A DNA stretch of 64,000 bases from contig OZ244042.1 in assembly GCA_965215015.1 (NCBI GenBank), forward strand, positions 3,648,001 through 3,712,000, in the 5' to 3' direction. A program made the position numbers and the translations under genes. How positions within the stretch are numbered: position 1 is the stretch's first letter; the number at the start of each line of letters is the position of its first letter. This DNA comes from Candidatus Poribacteria bacterium. Lineage in GTDB: Bacteria > Poribacteria > WGA-4E > PCPOR2b. Positions 10,394 through 19,606 of the stretch are shown here, piece by piece. The notes beneath the pieces are model-generated. The model ran no database searches, was not told where the DNA came from, and saw nothing but the letters and a program-made list of their open reading frames with translations.

Positions 10394-10456
10394 CACACTC
10401 GGGTGAATCCTATACGTTAGAAGATTCCTCCATTTGTGTTTACACAAAAAATAGCA

Positions 10457-13400
10457 ATGGATCCCATATCACATCAAACACAGACAATGCAGCCCGACAA
10501 TCTCCAACCCGGCACATATCTGATCGACAGGTATCAAAAAAAAGAAAAAGAAAAGGTTATCCGTCGGGTTGAACCCCACGATCGGTTTGTACAACTCTTT
10601 TTTGAGGGTGATGCGGAGCCATTTACCTGTTCCATAGCAGAACTGCAAAGGCGTTTTGAAATTGTATATCCTCCTTTTCGAGCGGATGCGAATCTGGTGA
10701 GACTGATTGCTGAGGCGTATCGACTTCAACACGCCTATCTGTTCAATCCCATCTTTGCCACAGAGACATCGCTGATCGATCCGCTGCCGCATCAGTTCAT
10801 CGCGGTGTATGATCATCTGCTGAAACATTTCCCGTTGCGGTTCCTGCTGGCTGACGATGCCGGTGCTGGCAAAACAATCATGACAGGACTCTATATCCAA
10901 GAGCTGTTACTGCGGCGACAGGTGAAACGGGTGCTGATTGTGCCGCCAGCCGGGCTCATTGGGAACTGGGAACGCGAATTACGGGTCTGTTTTCGACTCC
11001 AATTTCGGATTTTATCTAGCGCGGATGCCGCAGCCGCGAACCCCTTTGTCGATTCGGAAAACCGCTTAGCGATTGTGAGTCTCGATACGTTGCGGCAGGA
11101 GGGGATGCAGCAATATCTCTTTGAAGCACCGTCGTATGATTTGGTTGTCTTTGATGAAGCCCATAAGCTATCGGCACGATATGAGTCGGACGGGGCAGTG
11201 ACGAAATCGAAACGATACCAACTTGCAGAACGGATTGCTGCGGATGGAAATAGTCTGTTATTGCTCACAGCAACACCGCACATGGGAAAAAAAGATGCGT
11301 ACTATTTTCTGTGGCGATTGCTTTTGCCCGAACGACTCGCCGCACAAGGGGCATTTAATCGGTTGTGTGAAGGGGAAAGGTCAAAACACCTCCTCCGGCG
11401 CATGAAGGAGGAAATGATTACCTTTGATGAAAAACCGATTTACCCACTGCGTCAGAGTCGGACCATTGCCTATCCACTCAAACAGGGGGAGATTAGCGAG
11501 CAGGCGCTATATGATGAGGTTACCGCGTATTGTGAGAACCATTTTGATCTCGCTGGGCAGTACAACCAGACCGCGGCACGGCTAGCGATGATGGTACTAC
11601 AGCGGCGGCTCGCTAGCTCAACCTTCGCATTGTGGCAAAGCCTAATCAGACGGGGGGAAAAACTTCAAGCAACTCTTCGTGAGCTTCACGAAGGGCGGCT
11701 GTCTGCGGAGGGGTTGAAAACTGAACAAGCGGAACTGACAGACATCGACATCAGAGATATAAAAACGGGTGATGAAGAAGAGAGCGTTGATGGCAAGGAA
11801 GAGGCAGAACACGCTGATGAAAATCTTGCTCAAGCGACAACCGCCCGATCGATTGCGGATTTGGAAGCCGAAATCTACCACGTTCAACGGCTTACCAAAT
11901 TGGCAAGGGCCGTTTACGACCTGAAAGCTGAAAGTAAGTTTGAGAAGCTGTGGGAGGCATTGAAGGGTTATCCTGACACGAAGGTACTTATTTTCACCGA
12001 GCATCGCGACACGCTAGCGTTTGTCACCAGACGCTTGGAGGCGTTGGGTTTTGCTGGAAAGGTTGCCCAAATCCACGGCGGCATGAAATACAACGAACGT
12101 GAAGAACAGGTTGAGTTCTTCCGCGACTCAGGCGGGGCGCAATATCTGGTCGCAACCGATGCCGCCGGGGAGGGAATTAACCTACAATTCTGTTGGCTGA
12201 TGGTCAATTACGATATTCCGTGGAATCCCGCCCGGCTTGAACAGCGGATGGGACGAATCCACCGATACAAACAGAAACGGACGGTCGTTCTGTTAAATCT
12301 CGTCGCCCAAGATACTCGTGAAGGGCGGGTGTTGAAGGTGCTACTCGAGAAGTTGGAACAGATGCGTGAGGAACTGAGCGACGATAAGGTTTTTGATGTC
12401 ATCGGTCAGCAATTCAGTGAGATTTCGTTGACAGCACTGATTACGCAAGCCATCACGGAGGATAAAACCGATGCCTCAATCCAAACCATCAACAACCAAC
12501 TCACTGTGGAAAATATCGCAACCCAACTCGAAACGCAGCAAAAATTGGTCGTATGTAGTAAAGTTAAACGTCTGCTCCTCGGCGTTCAGAAGCAGAGGGA
12601 ATCCGCCGAAACACTTCGTGTGATGCCGGCGTATGTGCGAGGTTTCTTTGAAGAAGTGGCGCCGTTGGTCAGCTATCGGATTGATGGTGAGGTTGAGGGA
12701 ATTTTCAAACTATCCCACTGTCCGGCGGATGTGCGAAGTGTTATCGAAAAATATCCGTCGCATCTGCGAGACCGATTAACGTTCTCACGAGAGCTCGCGC
12801 TACCCGTAGGTTTCGATCAGCCACAGGCAATCTATCTACATCCCGGTGAACCCATTTTTGATTCAATTTTGACCCTCTTTTTGGGAGAATTTGAAGATGA
12901 AGGAAATCGCGGAGCGGTTTATTTCGATTCCCACACAGATGAGCCGTATCTGTTCTATTTGGCGAAAGTGCCTGTGGTTCGACAAATTGGCGAAAGACCT
13001 CAAATCCTGGACGAAGTGCTCGTTGGTGTCAAACAATTTTCAGATGGCAGTTGTGAACCAACGCCAGTCCATCTGTTGTTGACATTAACACCGCCCTCGG
13101 ACAACTGTTCACCAATTTCCTCTGAATGGTTTAACCTTGCTGAAGAGATACAACTCGTTAAAACGTTTGTCGTTGAAAAGTTTGGGAACCCCAAATTTTT
13201 GGGCATCCGCGATGAACTTCAATCCGAATTGGAGATTAAGAGAGCACAGATACAGGTCTCATTTAATTTGAGAAAGTCAGAGCTGCTTGAACAGCGACGG
13301 GCCCTCAAAAACGATGTTGAAAACGGGATTCCTGCGGCGCAGACAAAACTGAACGCCTGCGATCGGGAATTGACGGAACTTCCCGCGAAGCGCGAAGAGA

Positions 13401-13900
13401 CTGAAACGAGTCTCATTGCGGAAATCGAAAACACCCGATTGGGGCCCGTAATCATCTATGCTCGCGCCTTTGTCACCCCACCCCCAATTGATACGGTGCC
13501 GATCAAAACGATGCGAGATGCCGAGGCTATCGCACTCCGTATCGCTATTGAACATGAGCGAGCGCGCGGTGCGGAGGTCGAAGATGTCTCCAATCCACAC
13601 CTCAAAAAAGGATTTGATTTGGAATCCAGATACCCCGACGGTGAGGTGCGTTACATTGAGGTCAAAGGGCGCACTGGAATTGCGAGTGTCGAATTAACAG
13701 CGAATGAATGGAGACAAGCTGCCAACCATCGAGACCGCTACTGGCTTTATGTGGTCTATCATTGTGACGCGAATCCGCAGTTATACCGATGCCGAGATCC
13801 CTTTGACACACTGATTGCCAGAGCCAAGGGAAGTGTTACTATTAATTCCAGTGATATTATGAGAGAATCGGATATAGAGGCACTCAATTCAAACCCCTAA
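10457..13900 (+). CDS. SNF2-family helicase with C-terminal DUF3883 (PD-(D/E)XK-like) domain
   Basis: LLADDAGAGKT, DEAH, TATPH, ATDAAGEGINLQ, PWNPARLEQRMGRIHR; C-terminal GFDLES..RYIEVKGR..LTANEW. Start uncertain (10436/10457/10487). Confidence 0.92.
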   Translation: MDPISHQTQTMQPDNLQPGTYLIDRYQKKEKEKVIRRVEPHDRFVQLFFEGDAEPFTCSIAELQRRFEIVYPPFRADANLVRLIAEAYRLQHAYLFNPIFATETSLIDPLPHQFIAVYDHLLKHFPLRFLLADDAGAGKTIMTGLYIQELLLRRQVKRVLIVPPAGLIGNWERELRVCFRLQFRILSSADAAAANPFVDSENRLAIVSLDTLRQEGMQQYLFEAPSYDLVVFDEAHKLSARYESDGAVTKSKRYQLAERIAADGNSLLLLTATPHMGKKDAYYFLWRLLLPERLAAQGAFNRLCEGERSKHLLRRMKEEMITFDEKPIYPLRQSRTIAYPLKQGEISEQALYDEVTAYCENHFDLAGQYNQTAARLAMMVLQRRLASSTFALWQSLIRRGEKLQATLRELHEGRLSAEGLKTEQAELTDIDIRDIKTGDEEESVDGKEEAEHADENLAQATTARSIADLEAEIYHVQRLTKLARAVYDLKAESKFEKLWEALKGYPDTKVLIFTEHRDTLAFVTRRLEALGFAGKVAQIHGGMKYNEREEQVEFFRDSGGAQYLVATDAAGEGINLQFCWLMVNYDIPWNPARLEQRMGRIHRYKQKRTVVLLNLVAQDTREGRVLKVLLEKLEQMREELSDDKVFDVIGQQFSEISLTALITQAITEDKTDASIQTINNQLTVENIATQLETQQKLVVCSKVKRLLLGVQKQRESAETLRVMPAYVRGFFEEVAPLVSYRIDGEVEGIFKLSHCPADVRSVIEKYPSHLRDRLTFSRELALPVGFDQPQAIYLHPGEPIFDSILTLFLGEFEDEGNRGAVYFDSHTDEPYLFYLAKVPVVRQIGERPQILDEVLVGVKQFSDGSCEPTPVHLLLTLTPPSDNCSPISSEWFNLAEEIQLVKTFVVEKFGNPKFLGIRDELQSELEIKRAQIQVSFNLRKSELLEQRRALKNDVENGIPAAQTKLNACDRELTELPAKREETETSLIAEIENTRLGPVIIYARAFVTPPPIDTVPIKTMRDAEAIALRIAIEHERARGAEVEDVSNPHLKKGFDLESRYPDGEVRYIEVKGRTGIASVELTANEWRQAANHRDRYWLYVVYHCDANPQLYRCRDPFDTLIARAKGSVTINSSDIMRESDIEALNSNP

Positions 13901-14095
13901 CATAACAACATAAGGGACGCTCATAATTCAGCCAAGAGCCCGTGCAAATCCTTATGGGAGCAATCTCCCGATAGCGGCTGTTTCCAAAATATAGGGTAAT
14001 CGTGGCAAGTTGCTTTGAATCCCAATCTTATCGTCGCTGCCACTCCCACAAAGAATCGTTGAGCACCCCTCACATAACATGAGAGGATAGGCCAG

Positions 14096-15355
14096 ATGTT
14101 TCTCAAATCAATTCACTTGAACAACGTCAAATGTTTGTCTGACATTGCCTTATCATTTGAAAACGAGGATGACAGCCTCCGCAAGTGGACACTCTTGTTG
14201 GCTGAAAACGGCGCAGGCAAAAGTACGCTGCTGAAAGCCATCGCGCTGGCGACCAGCGGGAGCGATGCCATAGCCGATCTGTTGGGCGAACCTTCGGACT
14301 GGATTCGGTACAAAACGCGGGGTTGTGCAATCTCTGCCGTTGTGGTTACCGAGGAAGGAGAAGAGCGGGAGATCCACTTACGGATTGCGCCCAAAGACAC
14401 CCGCGCCGATGTCATCGTGAATAACAAGTGGAGTCTCGCGTGGCTTGATGACGCGTTAAGCCAGACAGAACCAAACTATTTTGTTCTCGGTTTCGGCGCG
14501 TCGCGTCGGTTCAGTACGGTGAACGGTCGGAGAACAAAGACATCGGCCTTCACAAACAAAAGAGCCCAAAGCGTGGCTACCCTGTTTAATCCCGACGCGG
14601 CTACCACGCCGCTCGATTCATGGGCAATGGACCTTGACTATCTTAACAACCGCACCGGAATCGATACCGCCCGAGAGGTGTTGAGCGATTTGCTTCCGGG
14701 GATAAAGTTTCACCGGATTGATAAACAGAACGGGCACCTATTGTTTAAAACCCCAGATGGAATTGTGCCGTTGCACGCCCTCAGTGACGGGTATCTGGCA
14801 ATGGCGACTTGGATTGGCGACCTTTTGTACCGGGTGTTAGAAAATTTTCGTGGTTTAAGACAACCACTGACTGCAAAGGGATTGCTCCTCATTGATGAAG
14901 TTGATCTCCATCTCCATCCAAAGCGGCAACGCGAACTGCTTTCGTTGCTCGATCAGCTGTTTCCGAATTTTCAATTTGTTGTAACAACGCACTCTCCCAT
15001 GACGGCCCAACAGGCCGGGGAGGGGGAACTTCACTGTTTGACGCGCGAAGCCGGGGAGATTCAGCTCCATCAGTTTTCCGGCAACCCGAAAACACTCCTC
15101 TTAAACCAATTTGTGATGACACCAGCGTTTGCGTTAGATACCGATGAGTCCAAAGAGATTGAGAATATGAAGAACCGATATCGCCAACTCCGAGATAAGG
15201 CGGATTTGGCGTCTAACGAACGCGCGGAACTGGACCAGCTGAAAGCGTCCCTAACGGACCTTCCGACTGATGGCAGGTCTAATCTCACGCTTTCTGAAGA
15301 ACACGCGCAGCTTTTACGAAAAATTGAGAAGGAATTGCGGGAGGATAGGGTGTGA
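14096..15355 (+). CDS. ABC-type AAA ATPase, PtuA/Septu-like
   Basis: ENGAGKS, FGASR, LSDGY, LIDEVDLHLHP, TTHSP. Confidence 0.8.
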   Translation: MFLKSIHLNNVKCLSDIALSFENEDDSLRKWTLLLAENGAGKSTLLKAIALATSGSDAIADLLGEPSDWIRYKTRGCAISAVVVTEEGEEREIHLRIAPKDTRADVIVNNKWSLAWLDDALSQTEPNYFVLGFGASRRFSTVNGRRTKTSAFTNKRAQSVATLFNPDAATTPLDSWAMDLDYLNNRTGIDTAREVLSDLLPGIKFHRIDKQNGHLLFKTPDGIVPLHALSDGYLAMATWIGDLLYRVLENFRGLRQPLTAKGLLLIDEVDLHLHPKRQRELLSLLDQLFPNFQFVVTTHSPMTAQQAGEGELHCLTREAGEIQLHQFSGNPKTLLLNQFVMTPAFALDTDESKEIENMKNRYRQLRDKADLASNERAELDQLKASLTDLPTDGRSNLTLSEEHAQLLRKIEKELREDRV

Positions 15356-15441
15356 TACGCCTAACAAGGATTCGGTCGGAAGCGACCATACACGAAAACT
15401 GTCACGGCCAAAAAAAGAGAGCAGCTGTCACCCCCCTCTAA
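15352..15441 (+). pseudogene. Truncated partner gene of the PtuA-like ATPase (possibly an HNH nuclease N-terminus)
   Basis: GTGA overlap with GAGGA RBS; MIRLTRIRSEATIHENCHGQKKR stops inside a CCCCCCGCAAGCGGGGGG repeat. Confidence 0.5.
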
Positions 15442-15602
15442 TCCCCCCGCAAGCGGGGGGAGGGCACAGAGTGTATGCGTACTCCCTTAAAGGGGCGCAA
15501 TGGACGCGTACCTACAAACTTAAGTCCGTAACTTCTAACATGAACGAAAGCCGTTCTTGTTGACAAACTGCGCGAATTTAGGTCAGGAAGGAAAAAACGA
15601 AA

Positions 15603-18527
15603 ATGCCACGTAGACTCATCGAGGAAGCCTTTCCACTACAAAAGGTTTCCATAGACTCAAAGAACGAACAAAACATTAGCCAAGGAAAGCCAAACAGCTT
15701 GCATTATTGGCCTGCGAGAAAGCCCCTCGCTGTTTGTAGAGCGGTAACACTAGCGGCACTCCTCCCCGATCCTGCCGATGCTCCTGAGACAATGAAAGCG
15801 GAATACACACGCCTTTCCAGGTCACCGTTGCCTGACAAACAGCGTAAATATCTTTGCGATCTAATAGCTTCACTGACGACATCGGGGCACGAAGATAGGA
15901 AAATCGATTGGGACGATAAGGATCAGAAGGGACGGTGGCTCAATAAACTGCGAATCGCCAGAGAACTTATCCAGATAGCGTATGACGGATCTCCGCCGCA
16001 AGTAATAGATATGTTTGCGGGCGGTGGCGCGATTCCGCTTGAGGCAATGCGGCTCGGCTGCGAGGTGATAGCAAACGACTATAACCCGGTGGCGTGGTTT
16101 ATTCTCAAATGCACACTCGAATATCCACAACGCCTCGCCGGAAAAACCCATCCACCCCCGGATCTCAATCTTGACGAATATCCCGATTTGACAAGGAGTG
16201 ATCTAGCAGATCATGTCCGCTTGTGGGGGCAGTGGGTTCTGGAAAATGCCCGCCGCGACCTTGATCAATATTATCCCGTAGTTGATGACAAGCCGACGGT
16301 TGCCTATCTCTGGGCGAGAACGATTCCGTGTCAAGATCCGAGGTGTGGCGGGATAATTCCGCTGCTCAAGACGCTGTGGGTCTGCAAGAAGGCGGAGAAA
16401 ACCCTTGAGGACACCCCCCAAAATCGGAAGCGGCCTGACTTTCTCCGACTCAAAAAGACGAAAAATCGGACCCAAGTCATCATCAACAGCAGGCGTGCAC
16501 TCAGGCTCTGTCCAAATCTGGAGACAAAGCGAGTCCGATTTCAGGTTGTCGTGCCGAAAGACACAGACGCTGTTGAGGAGCCCACGATGTCTGATGCGAC
16601 AGCGACCTGTCCATTTTGCGGTTCACAGCAGCCGGGGGACTACATTAAGCGGTGCGGGCATGAGGGCAAACTCAAGGCACAGATGACGGCGGTAGTATAT
16701 CAGGAGGGGTACGGCAAGGAGTACCGTCCACCAACACAGGCGGAGATCGATGCAGCGGAGGTGTCAGAAGAAACATTGAGGACGATTGCAGATCAGATTC
16801 CGCACGGGATGCCTGATGAATCGTTACCGAAGAGTGATACGTCAGGGGCTGGAAGAGCATTTACAGTCCCACTCTACGGCTTTAAGAAATGGTCGGATCT
16901 GTTCACATCCCGGCAGTTGTTGGCGTTGATGACATTTGTGAAATGGACCCGAGCAGCGCGGGGAGAGATGGAGCGGTTCAGCTATTCATCGGAGTGGATC
17001 GAAGCAGTATCGGCATACCTCGCACTTCTGGTTAACAAAGTCGCGGACTATAATTGTACCTGTGCAACTTGGCGACCGCATGAAGCAGTTGGTCACTTGT
17101 TTGTCGCTGCAAGGATTCCAATTACTTGGAATTACGTTGAAACAAACATGATTGGCGAATCGGTTAGTTCATATCAGAGCCATCGAACATTTCAGAGTCG
17201 AGTATTGTCCCGCTTATTTTATTGGCCACATATCGGCGACCCCCTACCGTCGATAAATTGCGAGGATGTCCTTAAGACCACATTTCCGTCTAACGTAGAT
17301 TTAATCGTAACAGATCCCCCATACTACGATTTGATTCCTTATGCGGATACCTCCGACTTTTTTTTCGTCTGGAACAAAAGAAATGGATTTATCCCAGAAA
17401 CACTTGATTCTCAAACCGCTGATTCCGTCGTACCAAAGCAGGAAGAGTTAATTCAGCATACCGCGCGGTTCGGTGGCGATAAAGACAAAGCGAAAGCATA
17501 TTACACACACGGTATGACAAAAGCTTTTGAGAAAGCATATCACGCTCTGTCTGATGATGCACTTATAGTCATCGTTTTTGCTCACAAAGAACCGGACGCA
17601 TGGGCAACATTGCTGGAAGCGATTATTGGGGCCGGTTTTATTGTAACCGCATCATGGCCAATTGATACAGAAAGATCTAACAGATTGCGGGCTTACAATT
17701 CTGCTGCGCTTGCAACTTCACTTTGGCTCGTCTGCCGAAAGCGTCCCACGAGTGCGCGAGTCGGTTATTACACCAAAGTCAGGTCCGAGATGCAGGGACG
17801 AATTACCGAACGCCTGCGGTATTTCTGGGACGCGGGAATTCAAGGGCCTGACTTCGTTTGGGCGGCAATCGGGCCCGCATTGGAAAGCTATTCCAGCTAC
17901 AAAGAGGTACGACGCATGGGCGGTGGCGGCTTCACGGTAGCGGAATTTCTCACAGAGGTCCGGCGCATTGTCACTGATTTTGCGTTGGGGCAGCTGCTGC
18001 ACGGCGCCAGCACGGAAGCGTTGGACGAATGGACCCGCTACTACCTGATGCACATGAACCATTTCGGTGCGGAAAAGGCGCCGGTGGGTGAGTGTATCCT
18101 ATTGGCGCAGGGGTATGGGTTATCGCTTGACGATTTGATGGCGGCCCGAATCGGCATTTTGAAGAAGGCCTCCTCGGGCAGTGCACTCCGCCTGTTGGGA
18201 CACACCGATCGAAATTCAGATCGGGTGGGACAACCTCACCCCTCTGGAGGGCTTCCGATGATAGACACGGTTCACAGAATCATGAATCTCTGGCAGGCTG
18301 GCGATAAAACGCTAATCAGCATCTATCTCACCGAGCATGGCCTGCGAGAAAACGCCCTCTTTAAGTCCGTCATCCAAGCTCTCATTGAAATGAGTCCACA
18401 GGGGTCTGATGAAAAGTCGCTTTTGGAGGCAATCATCAGTTACAACTCGAATCTATCGACAACGGATACTCAACAGCAGCTCACCATCAAAGAGGTTTTG
18501 CCCCCAAAACAGGCACCGGTGCCTTGA
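15603..18527 (+). CDS. DUF1156 domain adenine-specific DNA methyltransferase with Zn ribbon
   Basis: RRLIEEAFPL, H.WPARKPL, DMFAGGGAIPLEA.RLG, CQDPRC/CPFC, TDPPYYD, ASWPIDTE. Confidence 0.92.
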   Translation: MPRRLIEEAFPLQKVSIDSKNEQNISQGKPNSLHYWPARKPLAVCRAVTLAALLPDPADAPETMKAEYTRLSRSPLPDKQRKYLCDLIASLTTSGHEDRKIDWDDKDQKGRWLNKLRIARELIQIAYDGSPPQVIDMFAGGGAIPLEAMRLGCEVIANDYNPVAWFILKCTLEYPQRLAGKTHPPPDLNLDEYPDLTRSDLADHVRLWGQWVLENARRDLDQYYPVVDDKPTVAYLWARTIPCQDPRCGGIIPLLKTLWVCKKAEKTLEDTPQNRKRPDFLRLKKTKNRTQVIINSRRALRLCPNLETKRVRFQVVVPKDTDAVEEPTMSDATATCPFCGSQQPGDYIKRCGHEGKLKAQMTAVVYQEGYGKEYRPPTQAEIDAAEVSEETLRTIADQIPHGMPDESLPKSDTSGAGRAFTVPLYGFKKWSDLFTSRQLLALMTFVKWTRAARGEMERFSYSSEWIEAVSAYLALLVNKVADYNCTCATWRPHEAVGHLFVAARIPITWNYVETNMIGESVSSYQSHRTFQSRVLSRLFYWPHIGDPLPSINCEDVLKTTFPSNVDLIVTDPPYYDLIPYADTSDFFFVWNKRNGFIPETLDSQTADSVVPKQEELIQHTARFGGDKDKAKAYYTHGMTKAFEKAYHALSDDALIVIVFAHKEPDAWATLLEAIIGAGFIVTASWPIDTERSNRLRAYNSAALATSLWLVCRKRPTSARVGYYTKVRSEMQGRITERLRYFWDAGIQGPDFVWAAIGPALESYSSYKEVRRMGGGGFTVAEFLTEVRRIVTDFALGQLLHGASTEALDEWTRYYLMHMNHFGAEKAPVGECILLAQGYGLSLDDLMAARIGILKKASSGSALRLLGHTDRNSDRVGQPHPSGGLPMIDTVHRIMNLWQAGDKTLISIYLTEHGLRENALFKSVIQALIEMSPQGSDEKSLLEAIISYNSNLSTTDTQQQLTIKEVLPPKQAPVP

Positions 18528-18549
18528 TTGTAAGTGTTCAGGCTTTAGC

Positions 18550-19549
18550 GTGGAGTGTGCGGAAAATGTCTGAATCAGGATTTTCAGGATGGAAGGATAA
18601 ACAGGATAGAAACGGCAGCATCTAAAATTTCCTGAAAATCATACAATCTGGTAAATCAAGATTCTGACAGTGGCGGGAGATGCCTGAATCAGGATTTTCA
18701 GGCTGGAAGGCTAAACAGGATAGAAACCGCAGCATCTAAAATTTCCTGAAAATCATAGAATCTGGTAAATCAAGATTCTGACAATTTATACGGTCTCCCC
18801 CCTGAAGAAATCGCTATTGTGGAGTGTGCGGAAAATGTCTGAATCAGGATTTTCAGGATGGAAGGATAAACAGGATAGAAACGGCAGCATCTAAAATTTC
18901 CTGCGAATCATAGAATCTGGTGAATCCGGATTTTGACAGCGGCGGCAAATGCCTGAATTAGATAAGGTGGCTATTTGAATCCGTGTGCTGAATCAGGGTT
19001 TTCAGGCTGGAAGGATAAACAGGATAGAAACGGCAGCATCTAAAATTTCCTGAAAATCATAGAATCTGGTAAATCAAGATTCTGACAATTTATACGGTCT
19101 CCCCTCTGAAGAAATCGGTATTGTGGAGTGTGCGGCAAATGTCTGAATCAGGGTTTTCAGGCTGGAAGGATAAACAGGATAGAAACGGCAGCATCAAAAT
19201 TTCCTGAAAATCATACAATCTGGTGAATCCAGATTCTGACAGTGGCGGCAAATGCCTGAATTAGATAAGGTGGTTATGTGAATCCGTGTGCTGAATCAGA
19301 GTTTCGAGGCTGGCTGGCTAAACAGGATAGAAACCGCAGCATCTAAAATTCCTGCGAATCATAGAATCTGGTAAATCAAGATTCTGACAATTTATACGGT
19401 CTCCCCCCTGAAGAAATCGCTATTGTGGAGTGTGCGGAAAATGTCTGAATCATGATTTTCAGGCTGGAAGGATAAACAGGATAGAAACGGGAGCATCTAA
19501 CAATCCTGCGAATCATAAAATCGGGTAAATCCAGATGCTGACAGCGGCG
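18550..19549 (+). repeat. Tandem array of seven ~103-bp imperfect palindromes with alternating linkers (~303-bp higher-order period)
   Basis: Core TGTCTGAATCAGGAT...GATTCTGACA at about 18567, 18681, 18836, 18989, 19140, 19291 and 19442; two linker types alternate. Confidence 0.92.
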
Positions 19550-19606
19550 GATCTGGATCTCTTGGTGAATTTTGATTTCTTAAACATTTGGAAGAAGAGG
19601 TAATAC

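Noticed and set aside
14096-15355. Retron system
   Set aside because: No reverse transcriptase or recognisable msr-msd nearby
18550-19549. CRISPR or guide-RNA array
   Set aside because: Repeats are ~103 bp, the linkers are recurring copies of two sequences rather than unique spacers, and no cas-like gene is present
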